Source: Chrysomallon squamiferum (lineage: Eukaryota > Animalia > Mollusca). From it: DNA of 64,000 nt. The position numbers and the translations under genes were made by a program. Shown one piece after another: positions 1-13,800 of the stretch; position 1 is the stretch's first letter, and every line of letters starts with the position of its first letter. Under the pieces are notes generated by a model. The model was not told the origin of the DNA. It saw only the letters and a program-made list of their open reading frames with translations, and did no database searches. The stretch is from assembly GCA_012295275.1 (NCBI GenBank), contig CM022679.1, forward strand, positions 20,274,001 to 20,338,000, read 5' to 3'.

Positions 1-348
1 TTCACTTATTATCCACTTACTTATATTGTATTCACACACAGAGACACACTCAGCATTATTAATATACAAACAAATATAAATACAAATATAAATGAGTATA
101 CAAACCCACATACACAGACGTCTGTGTGTGTGTGTGTCCTTGTGTGTGTGTATACACATATATGTATTTTAACATTGTATGTATTTTAACACTTACATAC
201 CTACATATACATACATAACTACTTTGACCTACATACAAACATATCCATTCATATTCACATGTGGATATGTATTTTCACTAAATGTAGCATATATTTTTTT
301 ATTAGTAGTAAAATTAAATTTTAAAACACATTTTCCGTATTTAAATAG

Positions 349-549
349 CCACACTGTGTCCAGTACTGGACAGCCCTCTCAATGGTGAGGTTTCTGTGAC
401 TGGACAGACAGCTGGAAGTACTGCCACATATTCTTGTGATGTGGGTTTTGTTGTTGATGGTTCTGATAAACGATTCTGTGAACTGCAGCAGAACCCTGAA
501 ACCAAACAGCCTGAATATAACTGGTCTGGGACCAAACCATCATGTGCTG
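349..549 (+). CDS. uif-like exon 1 in window: sushi/CCP
   Basis: atag|CC...GCT G|gtatgt; [10 protein letters not shown]...ATYSCDVGF...WSGTKPSC. Confidence 0.92.
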
Positions 550-834
550 GTATGTCTATATCTATATCTGTCTGTCTGTATATCTATCTGTCTCTCTATC
601 TGTCTGTCTGTCTGTCTGTCTGTATATCTATCTATATCAATACTGATTTATAACATATGTAGCTTTATTTAAAAATTTATAATTTTTATTTCATTCTAAT
701 AATTTTGGTATTATGAATTAAAACTTTTTCTGATTTGAATTCAAACATATCCATGTATTATATATAAACTGTGATAAAAGTTTTCATGTCTAGGTTTCAG
801 TGTGATGTGTGTGTATGTGTGGTCATATGTGTTT

Positions 835-889
<55 letters not shown>

Positions 890-2392
890 TGTGTGGGTGT
901 TTCTATGCTTTATTAACTAAATGAAATAATTTTTAAAATGATATATAAATATTACATCAAACATTTGTAAGTAGCAAACAGTTAGAAATTACAAATGATA
1001 TATGAATATTTAAAAAATGTTAATTTTAGCTGTTGACTGTGGTCGTGTGGCTGCACCAGAGAATGGTAATGTTTTCTACACAAATACTAAATATGGTGAT
1101 GTGGCCACCTTCAGCTGTCTGTGTGGGTATCAGATGGAGGGTTCAGCTGTACGGACCTGTGGAGCCAATGGAGTCTGGAGTGGAAACAACACAGTCTGCA
1201 ATAGTAAGTTCTTCTTTTCAAATAATGTACAAACCTGCTTAAACATCTGCTTAATGAAAATTAATTTACACTATATTATGTTTGAAGAAAACACATTTGG
1301 CCATGGTTTATGGAAATACAAATTTGGCCTGTTATAACATGTATCTGAATAAGTGGTTCACTGAAACACACACTTTGTTTTGAATAAATTATAGAATTTA
1401 ATCTTTCCATATTACTATCACTTGTTTTCTTCTATGGAATGAAATATTTTATTGGTTGTTGATTTTTATTTTTATTTTTTAAATCTAATTTTAGATTTTC
1501 TTCAATTGTTTTATAATTATTTTATAACTATGTTTATATTCAAGAAACAAACCATCTAGTATTTTATAGTTTTACATAATCTCTGAATTCACAGAAATTA
1601 GTTAAATTAAGTAATTATTTTTATTATATATTTCAGTAAAAGTTTGCCCCAAGCTATCTCCACCAGCATTTGGTTCCATCATTGGTTCGTGGCAGAAATT
1701 TCTAGTTGGTTCTGTTGTAGAATTCCAGTGTGACAGACCAGGATACAGACTGTCAGGTATTGTCTTTAATTGTTACTTGAGAAAACGATTGTTTTTAATC
1801 ATATTTTAAATTTATCATAATAGCTCAAATTATGACTACCAAGTGTAAAAGGAATGTACCAACATATATATTGCTTTTTAATTAAAATTCTAATAAAACT
1901 TATAAAATATTTTTATGAATCCATAACTTCATTTGGAATATAATATAAACATATACATTGTATGCATTTTAAACTGAAATTCTAATAAAAATGTATAATA
2001 ATGTTTTGTTTAGATCCCTGGCCACTGGAATGCATAGCAGAGCAGAGCACAAAGATTTCTAGTGAGAAACCAGCACACTGGTTGATAGTGAACATCAGTA
2101 TGGAAGGACAAACAGACATCAAAGAATCCTGTCTGCTGTATTACAACTGGGAGACCATTCGCAACATGCAGAACTGGACATCAGAACTGCAGAAACTTTG
2201 TGACAGCTACGGCAACCCTCTTATGAAAGTCCTGCTCTTGTTTAATGCAGATTACTCAGGGAAAATGGTACAGATACAGTCATTCGTTTTAGATGATATA
2301 TTTTGATCTATTAGAAAAATTTAAAAAACAGAAAAAACAAAACAATTTTTGTTTAAATTATAAAAACAAACAAACAATAATAATAATAATAA

Positions 2393-2423
<31 letters not shown>

Positions 2424-5400
2424 AAGAATAGTCTGCAGGACATTATCAAAATAATATTACAATAAGGACCTAAATATCTATATTAAAATCTGTCCATTTT
2501 CAAAATGAGAAGAAGCCTTTATTTATACAGTATGCAATAACTACTGATATAGGTATAATACTAACAAACAAATCTTTGTTTACTCAATATACAATAACTA
2601 TTGATATAGGCATGATACTAACAAACAAATCTTTGTTTACTCAATATACAATAACTATTGATATAGGTATGATATTAACAAACAAATCTTTATTTACTCA
2701 ATATACAATAACTATTGATATAGGCATGATACTAACAAACAAATCTTTATTTACTCACTGACAGGTAAATGTGGAAGTCATCATGACATTCAAGGCACAA
2801 GATGGCCAGGCTATGTCTACAGCATGCAAGTGTAGTGCAGCTGTCATGGATTACCTGTCACATCCAGACACAGACAGATCCAGGCTAAACATTAAAAAAT
2901 CTGAGGAACTGGACTGCCCAGCTGTGAGGATCCAGCCTGAAGGTGTCCAGAGTGTGGGCAGTGAATGGAAGTGTCCCACTGGGCTTATCTTAGACGATTA
3001 CCGGTTAGGTAATTTTACCTGTGAAGACAGCCTGCCTATATGTAAAGAAAGTAGGTGTACGAATTGTTTGTGAATTCATGTAATAATATCAGTAAATCTG
3101 CATCAAGATACTAGCAGTTAAGTTTTTTTTTTATCTAAAAGGAAGATGATTTGAGGCCTGTTAAAAGAAAAAAAGACTGGTTCTCGATTCAGTACATAAA
3201 AGGAAAATTGTTATTTAATGTAATTTTTTGAAATTCAGAATAATATTTATAAATATATTTACATTTCACTTTTATCTGATTTTCTCATGAGTTTGTCATT
3301 TGTAATAGTAACAGTAATTAAAAATGTTTTATTTAGAATGTTTGGATGAAATTACACCATCACCATCAACTACAACTGAAACAACAACAATGACAATCGT
3401 CACATCCTTGACAACAGCAAAACCTTCAGTGACAACAACAAAGATGCCAGCCAATAAAACGTCATCTACATCACCAGTAACAGAAGTTACTACAAGATAC
3501 ATCAGCAGCACTTACTCCTCAATCATAGAAACAACATCTGTATCATCTTCACCAGAAGACACCAAAAGAACCTCAGTAGTATCCACAACTTTGGCACCAA
3601 CCACTTCAACAGTATTATCCACCACTTCGGAAAATCCAATTACTATAACAACAGTAGAACTGAACGATACAGACAGTTCAACATCAGAAACATCAACAAC
3701 TCAGAGACCTACAACTCAGAGACCTACAACTCAGAGACCCACAACTCAGAGACCTACAACTCAGAGACCCACAACTCAGAGACCTACAACTCAGAACCCA
3801 CAACTCAGAGACCCACAACTCAGAGACCTACAACTCAGAAACCCACAACTGAGAAACCCACAACTCAGAGACCTACAACTCAGAAACCCACAACTCAGAA
3901 ACCCACAACTCAGAGACCTACAACTCAAGCACCTACAACAGAAAAGCCAACAACTGAAGCTCCTACAACCCAAAGAAAAGCCAACTCCGGAATCACCTAC
4001 ACAAAGACCCACAACTCAAGCACCTACAACAGAAAAGCCAACAACTGAAGCTCCTACAACCCAAAAGCCAACTACTCACATTCCTACAACCCAAAGACCA
4101 ACAACTCAAAGGCCAACTACTCAAGCTCCTACAACCCAAAGACCAACAACTCAAAGACCAACTACTCAAGCTCCTACCACACAAAGACCAACAACACAAA
4201 GGCCAACTACTCAAGCTCCTACCACACAAAGACCAACAACACAAAGGCCAACTACTCAAGCTCCTACAACACAAAGACCAACAACTCAAAGACCAACTAC
4301 TCAAGCTCCTACAACACAAAGACCAACTACTCAAGCTCCTACAACACAAAGACCAACAACACAAAGGCCAACTACTCAAGCTCCTACAACACAAAGACCA
4401 ACAACTCAAAGACCAACTACTCAAGCTCCTACAACACAAAGACCAACTACTGCTGCTCCTCCAACAACAAGTGCAGTAGAAGGTAAGTTTAACATGTAAG
4501 TGCAGATTTGCACACACACAGTCACACACACACACATGCACACACAAAGATATATATGTATTTTTAAATTTATAATGGAGAAAAATACTTATTTGTATTA
4601 AGAGTATTTTAATTCATTTAAAATGCCATCCACTGGTGTTATTTCTATAATTTATTTTTATCCTAGCTCTTAAATGAATTTTGTTGTACCAAAATCTGGA
4701 GGAATTTAAAGATTACAACTGAGACAGAAAGTTACTTTTTATGGAAAATTTATGAAAACATTTTATTCACTTGTTTTATTAATACAATTTTACTGAATAA
4801 ATCTTCAGTGATGTTTTTTTTTTATAATTTGGTATTTCATTTCCATTAGACTATTTTAGAGGTGTCATCTAATTCCTTATAGTTACTTAGATAACAAATA
4901 AATCCAACATATTACTTACATCCATGTTTATCCTCATTTTTTCCAGGAAATGTTAAATACACTTTTCACCTTTTTTTTGTAAGAAATGGCAAGAAATGGC
5001 ACTTACAACATTTAGTTAACATGGTGACATTAAATGTTGTTTTATTTTACAAATGAATTATTTTTCAGGATCATCTCAGTCTCTGAAAAAAAAGAGAAGT
5101 GCATGTAGAGTTCATCATTTGTTTTCTCTTTTTTTCTTTTTATTTTCCTTTCTTTAAAGACCTCAAGTTTAAACAACTTTAAATGTTACATTTCTCAGAA
5201 AATTTGTCTGAGTTATTCACTTTATCCCTAAGTGTACAAATTACAAATGTAGGCACAACAATGAAATTTTCAGCTATCATAAAATCTATTTGAATTATAT
5301 TATAAACCGGAAATTATGTAAAAAATGTTTTAAAAATATATTCTAAATATATATATTTAGAATAGATAGTTAAAAGAACATGTTACCTTCACCAGTAATC

Positions 5401-8400
5401 AGTACATTTATTAATTTCCATTTTTAAACCTAAGGTCTTTAATGTTTTTGCCTCTACCATGTAATAAACAGATGTTTGCTTTCCAAGGCCTCGTGACAGC
5501 TGATAACACAGCCATCTTTCTGAAAAGTTGTTTTAAAACATTTACTTTGCTTCAGTTAATGTTCATCATTAATGATTATGTCTGTTTGTTTGTGTATAAC
5601 TGAGAGAAAGAATGTGACTGAAAGAATATAACACAAGAAAAAGAGAAGGACAGAAAGAGAAATGGTGAAACAGAGGAACGAGAGAAAAAAGAGACAGAGA
5701 GACACACATACGTGTAAAAATGTTTTGGTTTAAGAGTGCACATGTCAGACATATCTATTTCTAGTTGTCTGTAACTCTGTGCATCAGTTACATATAGGTG
5801 TGTATGTGTGTATGTGTAATTATATAGATGAAAGTGTTTACAACTGAGTATGTTTGTGTGTGTGCATATAATTGAGTACATGTTTTTGTATGTGTAATGT
5901 TTATATAGATGAAAGTACATGTTTACAACTGAGTTTACATGTTTGTATGTGTGCATGTGTAATTATATAGATGAAAGTACATGTTTACAACTTATATACA
6001 CATGTTTGTATGTGTGTATAGATGAAAGTGTTTACAACTGAGTACATGTTTGTATGTGTGCATGTGTAATTATATAGATGAAAGTGTTTACAATTGAGTA
6101 CATGTTTGTATGTGTGCATGTGTAATTATATAGATGAAAGTGTTTACAATTGAGTACATGTTTGTATGTGTGCATGTGTAATTATATAGATGAAAGTGTT
6201 TACAACTGAGTTCATGTATGCATGAATGAATGAATGTTTAATTATAGATGAAAGTGTTTACAACTGAGTACATGTTTGCACAAAAAATACATTGGTAATT
6301 ATTAGGGTGTCAAACAGATATAATGTATCTGTGAATACTTGTGTAAATATGTATGGAAGTATACATGTGTGCTTATAAATTCAAGCGTGTATGCTTATAA
6401 AATCATGTGCGCTTCAAATCAAACCCCAGACAACACTGTGGGCTTTTTCTCCATGTTGTTCTTATTAATAATTAAGTTCACATCAAACTGTGCTTCACAT
6501 ATTTCAACTTAATACATATTAATACTGTTTTTAATGATAATATTTAAATATTTAAATCAAGCTTTTTAACAATAAGTTAAAGTACTAATCATTTTAAACT
6601 AATTTATTTGCTGTTACCTGATTCATAATATTATGTTCATACTTACAATAAAACATTTAACAATGTTGACAATTTGCAATAATGAATGACTGAAACAGTT
6701 TTAAATAACTATGTGTTAAATAGTTATTTTAAAATTCATTTCTTTTGAAATATTATTACAGATTTAAAAATAAGATGTTAATGTCAGAGCTGTTTAATAA
6801 TATAATTAAAAAAGGTTGATAAAACTTTGATATAATATTTAGATGGAAATAATCATTCACAAATTACAGCAGAAAGTAAAAAAAGAAATGTTAATGAAAT
6901 AAGAAAAATACAAAATATGTTTTTCATCATTAAAAGCTTGCTACATTCAAGACCCTAAAGACCCTTGCTTTACACTCCAAAATAAACAAACAGACAAACT
7001 ATACAAATAAATAAATAAAGATAACAAACAAACAAATAACTAAATTAGTAAATCAAAATAAAAATACATTATTATACAAGTTATAAAAATTGGTTTTGAA
7101 AAGTAATTTATTTTAAATATGAAAAATGTTACATTTGAGGTTTAATTCAACAAAGTCCTTTATTTTGTAAATTGACATTTATATAAAAAAAAAATAAATA
7201 AATAAATAAAAATTTAAAAACTTAAAGCAAAATCATTATTTGATATTAGACGTGGCTATCTTTTTAGAATTTCATGACCTTTATTAAGTTTAAAATATTT
7301 ATTTATGGCTCCATTTTTGAAATATGTATATATTACAAAATATTATTATATTTATAAAATCAAGTATTTTATATTTACGTTTTGAAAACACTGTACTGTA
7401 TTCATTACTGAGTTACTGTGTTTTACAGCTCATTCGTTAAGTGGTAAAATTTGTTATTTCAGATAAGAAACCAGTCTATGTCGTGGAGTTTATTGACACT
7501 CTGAATGGAAACTTTTCCAATTCCACCTGTCTTGATGAAGTACATGAAGCCATTAACACTAAGGTTAATGAGCTGCTGATGGAATTTGCCAATGGCCTCA
7601 GCACCACATACTGCAACGGCAGCAGAGACATCCGCATCCACCTCATCTCCGGCATCATCAAGTTCACTCCAACAAAGGTTTACTGTTATCATATTCACTT
7701 TGTTAAGATAATTTGTTAGACAAGAAGGAGTAGGTTATAGTTAGAGTACAATTTGAATAATGGCAGAATACTGTGAACCCATTATATTTTTAAAATATGA
7801 TATTTAATTAGTTGCTGTGATATACCAGTATTTGTTTTACAGGCAGAAATTGAAGTAATTCTTGGGCTGTCTTACATAACATCATCCCCAGTATCCAGTG
7901 TCCAGTCCTGTGGTGCAGAACTCACCACATTTGTGTCTGACAACTTCCCAGCATACTTACAAGAAATACAGAATGAGGTTGTGCCAGTGTTCTGCCATGA
8001 CGTTGGCTACGAAGGACCATGCAACGTGACAAGAGATGAATGGGATTGTGAAGAAGGTTATCAGTTTGACCAAGACAGATGGATCTGTGTTGTCATGCCA
8101 ACCACAACTCCAACTACCACCACCTCTGGAGCAACAACAGCAAAGACTTCTACAGTGACTTCCCCAGCAACAACCACCCTTCCTCCCCATCCGGTTGACA
8201 GTGTTCCAAGGATGGTGATGGTGTTTGAAGGGTCATTCCGTTCTGAAGAAGTGTTTGAGTCATACTGTCTGGAACAGTATCATGATGGGTTGATTCATGT
8301 TTTAAAAGAGTTTATTGAGCCAGAGGTGAACTCACGCTTTGTGTCCATGTGTCAGGACATAGAGATCATTGTCTCATGCAATCTCACTCTCACTGGACAC

Positions 8401-10170
8401 TCACAGCAGGTAATTTCAAATCAGATATTTTCTTTTCATGTAATGCTACATTATTTCTTACACACTCATTCTGTTCTCATAAAAGTAATTTATTTTTCAT
8501 GATTTTTAAGCTGGGTTGTTCTTTTATTTTTCTTTCTAAAATCCTGGTATATTGTAATTAAGAAACAAAATATTATTGCATATTGACAATACTTTTCGTA
8601 CACATTTCATTCAGACAGTTTTGTATAACAGCATTTACATTTTCACTTGTATCTTTTAACAATAACTGATAACTATTCTATTTAGTTTGCATTATCACTG
8701 TTCATATTTTTTTTATTAAACTATTCATAACACTGTTGAAAAATTCACAGATTCTTTCAGATTCTTGTCATCGGAAAAAATTATTGACATGAAGACATTT
8801 CACAGATCATTTTAAATATAGTAGATTTACAATTAAATTAATGATTATAATTATTCAGAAGTGAAATACAACAGAGTCCCTGTTGTATTTATTTGTCTTA
8901 AAATAAAAATACAACAAACGTGAATAAAGGTGTATTTGATGGCAGTGTTTTTCTATATCAGACTGTTTCTCACACCAGCTCTTGTACTGGAGCTTTTAAA
9001 GTTCTGTATACTTCTGAATTATCACTTCACTGTAATAGTTCTTGACTTTATGTTGATTCCACATTCTTTTTACATTTAATGATATTTTACATTATTTTTA
9101 CAGATTAATGCTACTCAGAAAGTCCATTTCCTGCCTCTGACCGATGAGATGGACTTTCCTACAATGCATTTATGTGGTGGATACATTGCATCAGAGTTTA
9201 AAATACCCAGCTACCATCTGACCACCATAACTCTGAGTTCAAATTACACCTACAACTGCTCTGCAATAACCCTCCAACCTGATCAACTGACCACTTCCAA
9301 AGACACAATGGAGTACTACTGTCCAGATGGATATGTGTATGATGAACCCAACTACAAATGTATTGAAGGTAGATTTGTAGATTGAGTTAATTTACCAATT
9401 TGTAGTATGGTGTTAATGTGTAAAAATCAGTTAATAATTTTGGTATATATTCTTGTTTATTAATAAATAATTTGATTAAATAACTTCCTAAACTGAGAGT
9501 CTTTTCCAATACCCTGCAGAAAATTTGTAACATTAAAGACTGTTTTCCAGATGCACAGAATTTTCTCTACATGTGGTCCTTTTCTTTGATATGAAGGGGA
9601 ACTCGGTTCCAAATGAATCCATCAACACCAAAAGAAAGAAATCAATTATAGCTTCTATCAATGATGGATCTATTGATTGATCAGTTAATGCAAATCAGTT
9701 AATATGTATTAAATCTGTTTTCAGAATTATTAATTCACTTCTTACATTACTCATCTTTTCTCTTCTATATAATTTTTCAGAAAATACTGCTGTTCTGTCT
9801 ACATCAATATCTGTTGACCTGAGTATAAAAACAAGACAGAGGTCTCAGTGTCTGACAGAACTTCAAACGAATGCCCAGCATAGTGTCAACAGTGTGATCA
9901 GTGAATTGGCAGCATGGCTGAAAAGTGGTCAGCTGTGCACTACTTCATCAGAAGTAATACTTCATGTAAAATCAGGTCAGATTACAGGCCGACACAATGC
10001 TGTAAGTAGCCATGTTGTTTATTGCTGTGAAATAACATTGATAGAACATATGTTAGTATCACTTAAATAATACTAACATTGATAGTTTGAATTAAATGTT
10101 AGAATCAAATAACCACTTTAGTCAGAACTGAAATATATAACTGTATGGAAGTAGAGAGCAATAGAGATAA

Positions 10171-10246
<76 letters not shown>

Positions 10247-10764
10247 TATTTCTAAAACGTTACATTTCCATTCATGTCAGAACCTGTATATGTTCTTTCA
10301 GGTTTCAGTAATAACTCCCATTGGGTTCCTGAGTCTTCGCAATGTTCAGAGTGATGTTGAGACGTGTGCAGAGAAAGCCAGAGAGTTTCTCAGAACCAAA
10401 TACACAGCCAGTCTGCTGGCTGCAGTGAACAGTCTGTCAGCAAGCTGCAATGTCAGCCTCAACGACAACAGCTTCAGCATGGAGACGGGAAGCTGGGAGT
10501 GTTTCCCAGGAAAAACCTACAACATGTCTTCCCACCTGTGTGCTGATGCTTCATCATCAGGTGAGAATAACAACAACAACAACAATAACAATAATATCAA
10601 CAATGATAATGATAATAATAATAATTATGGTGATGATGATGATAAAAAATAATAATAATTCATTTAATGTAATACACTGATATTATTAATAATAATAACA
10701 ACTACAAATATAAATAATAAAAATAATTAATTTTAGAAAATAATACATTTAATAGAACACTGAC

Positions 10765-10815
<51 letters not shown>

Positions 10816-13800
10816 CATCATCATCATCATCATGATAGTAACAGAAGTAGTAGCAGGAGCAGGAGGTTAAATAAAAGTGATAAATAATAATAACAATAAC
10901 CACAGACAGTAATAACAGTGATAATGATAAAAATTATAACAGAAATGACAAAAACAGCAACAAGTACTATAACATAAATAATAATAACAATAATAATAAT
11001 GATGATGATGGATAATTAGCTGTACAAATTTTTTAAACAAATCAAACAAATTTAATTTCTCTACCTCTATTTACATTATACAGTTCTAAGCATCGATGTA
11101 AATTTTAATATTAAAAGTTTGTTTTATTTAGATAACCTGGATGTAAACGCACGTGCAAGGAGAGAAATAAACATGAAAGTGTCATCTTTCAAACAGGACA
11201 AACCACCATACTGGAATTCCACTGTGCCAGAATGCAGAGGTAACCACTGCAAATGTCTACTATGGTTTTAAATATATTTCTTTCTCTTGATTCCATTCTT
11301 CCTTCTTAATTTCTTTTCGGACTTTTATCCTTCTCTTTAATTTTTTAAATGATAATAAGATTTTAGTTCTTTATTACTTAAACATATGTAACAAATTCAT
11401 GTTAGTTCATATGAAAAGACAGTCAAGAAATTCATGTTAAATATATAAAATTGAGTACCTATATCTGTGTTACAGGCAGATTGTGAAACTTTTTATTAAT
11501 ATTACATTTATAGTTTGGTACAGTTTCTTCAGGCACAAGTACATCATAAACTTCTTGAATCATATAATTGCATTATTAGTAATATTTCTTTAGTATTACT
11601 TCTAGGCCTATCTTGATTACTTTACAGATGAGACACCTCCAGTATTTACTGACTGTCCAACAAAGGACATCCTGGTCGAACTAGGACCAGCTGGACCAAT
11701 CCCAGCTTACATCACTCTGCCTTCAGTGTCAGACAACTCGGGATTGTCACCAAACATTTCATTTACTCCAGCAACCTTCAGTTTACCATATCTGTTCCTT
11801 ACAGTAAGTAACATAAACAGTTTAATATATTTGTATAATTTGGTTATAATTCACTTTAAATTTTACAGTATGTCATAAATTTTGCATATTTTTAAACAAT
11901 GGTTTAAATTTGCATTTATTCTTACAGTGTATGTACAGTCTATATTTAGTTTTAGTTTTGCTTATAATTTCATACAGTGTGTGTAATATGAAATATTTCT
12001 ATCTATCTATTTTTAATTAATATCTATCTTGTAACTCTTTGGTGTTGTTTTATTATTTTATTATTATTATTTAGAACACCACAGTTGTCATGACTGCTGA
12101 AGATGGTTCTGGAAACGTAGCAGAATGTGAACTGCACATTTTTTTAATAGGTAAGATTTTTTTATTTCAACTTATGTGATCTCTTTATTAATTTACAATT
12201 ATCTGATTAGATTAAAAGAAAGGCAGCCATAAGAATAATTTAATGAATGAATATGTAGGTGGATGAATTAATGAGTGGGTAGGTAGATGAGAGAGAATGA
12301 TTGGAATATTGATTATATTTGGATTTGTGAAGCAAAGGATGAATGAAGGTTAGAAATATAAACAGTCAAATGGCTAAACAATGAGTATCTAAATAAAATT
12401 ATTAATTAAAAAAGATATTATTAATCCAAAGAAGATGGCATTAAAAAAGTTTTCTTATGAAATTTTTCAGATGTTATCCGACCCAAAATATCTTGTCCTA
12501 CTGAAGCTGTCATTGAATTGTACAAAACGAACAAAACAGATGTTGAATTCCAACCCAAGGAGGCATTGATCAAAACATCTGACTACAGTGGAATAGAAAG
12601 AATTGAGTTCAGTCCTCCAAAGGGAAGTTTAATAAGACTCATGGAAGATTTTGAGGTGACAGCCACTGTTTATGATTATGTTGGAAACAAAGCATCTTGT
12701 CAGTTTGTGTATGAAGCTCAGCGTAAGTGTTTTTGTAATATTTAATATCAGCTTTACTCCTTTTGTGAGCAGCCTGCTTTCCTTGTAGCATGAATTGTCT
12801 GGGTTGTTTGTTTCTTTTCAATTTAAATTTGGTTTTATTAGTTATTAAAAATATAAATGAAAATAATCATCTTTATTTATATGACTATGTTACCTCTTTT
12901 TCATATTTAATAATATGCTTTCTTTGGGAAGGTGTATATACAAAATATGTTACTGCTAACTAATGAACAGGATATTGATTCAGACAGATGATTTTACCTT
13001 TCTCAAATCACCTCACAGAAAAACATACCTGGCATTTAATATGAAATTACTTATTTGTTGTCCTATCTTGAAACACTCAAATTAAATATTTTGACCAGTT
13101 AATATGAACAGCTAATAATAATAATATGTAGCACCCCATATTTGGTGCTCTGTAAGCTGGAGTGATTTTCAGTCGTTTGTTTATTTATTTACTGACTGTC
13201 TCTCACTGACCTGACTTATTCAGCTGCTGGTTGTCCAGAGTGGAGCCTCCCTACTCCTGAGGGGGGTGAGAAAATGTGTTCAGGAATCGTCCCTGGCAAT
13301 GAGTCATCAGGTTACAGCTGCCAGGTTAGATGTCCACTTGACAAAGACTTCGTGTATGAACCTCCAGACCACTACCTCTGTGTCATTGGCAGCTCATGGA
13401 TACCTCACAATTTTGTACCTGACTGTACAGGTAGGAATCAAAGCTGAAGACTGTACTGTAATGGTTATTTGATGACAAAAATAGTAAAATAATAATATGA
13501 CTTTTTTCAAGCATGTACAGTATTCTGATTAAAAGAATTAAAATGTCTGTTTTTGTCTTACAATATATATAAATAAGAGGAAAAATAATGTAATGGATAA
13601 CTATATTTCAGGATTAAAATATGCATTAATAAATGAACATATTACTGTTGGTTTTTGTCTGTGAATGTGTTTGTGTTTGTGTATGTTCTTTGTCATCATA
13701 AATACTGGATATGACATGAACAATCTTACATATATAAACTATCTGTTTCTATTCTGCAGAGAAAATACATCCGGATTACACGATGAAGTCTGAATTTAAC

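Noticed and set aside
2576-2761. Repetitive 61-aa ORF
   Set aside because: Translation of the 60-bp intronic repeat.
3791-4547. Cys/Trp/Ser-rich minus-strand ORFs
   Set aside because: Antisense shadow of the mucin repeat.
7429-7443. Possible 15-nt micro-exon or upstream acceptor before exon 7
   Set aside because: It would leave a 19-nt intron, and extending exon 7 from it is out of frame and hits TAA.
10561-10652. Poly-Asn/Asp extension of the exon 11 ORF
   Set aside because: Intronic AAC/AAT/GAT microsatellite after a good donor.
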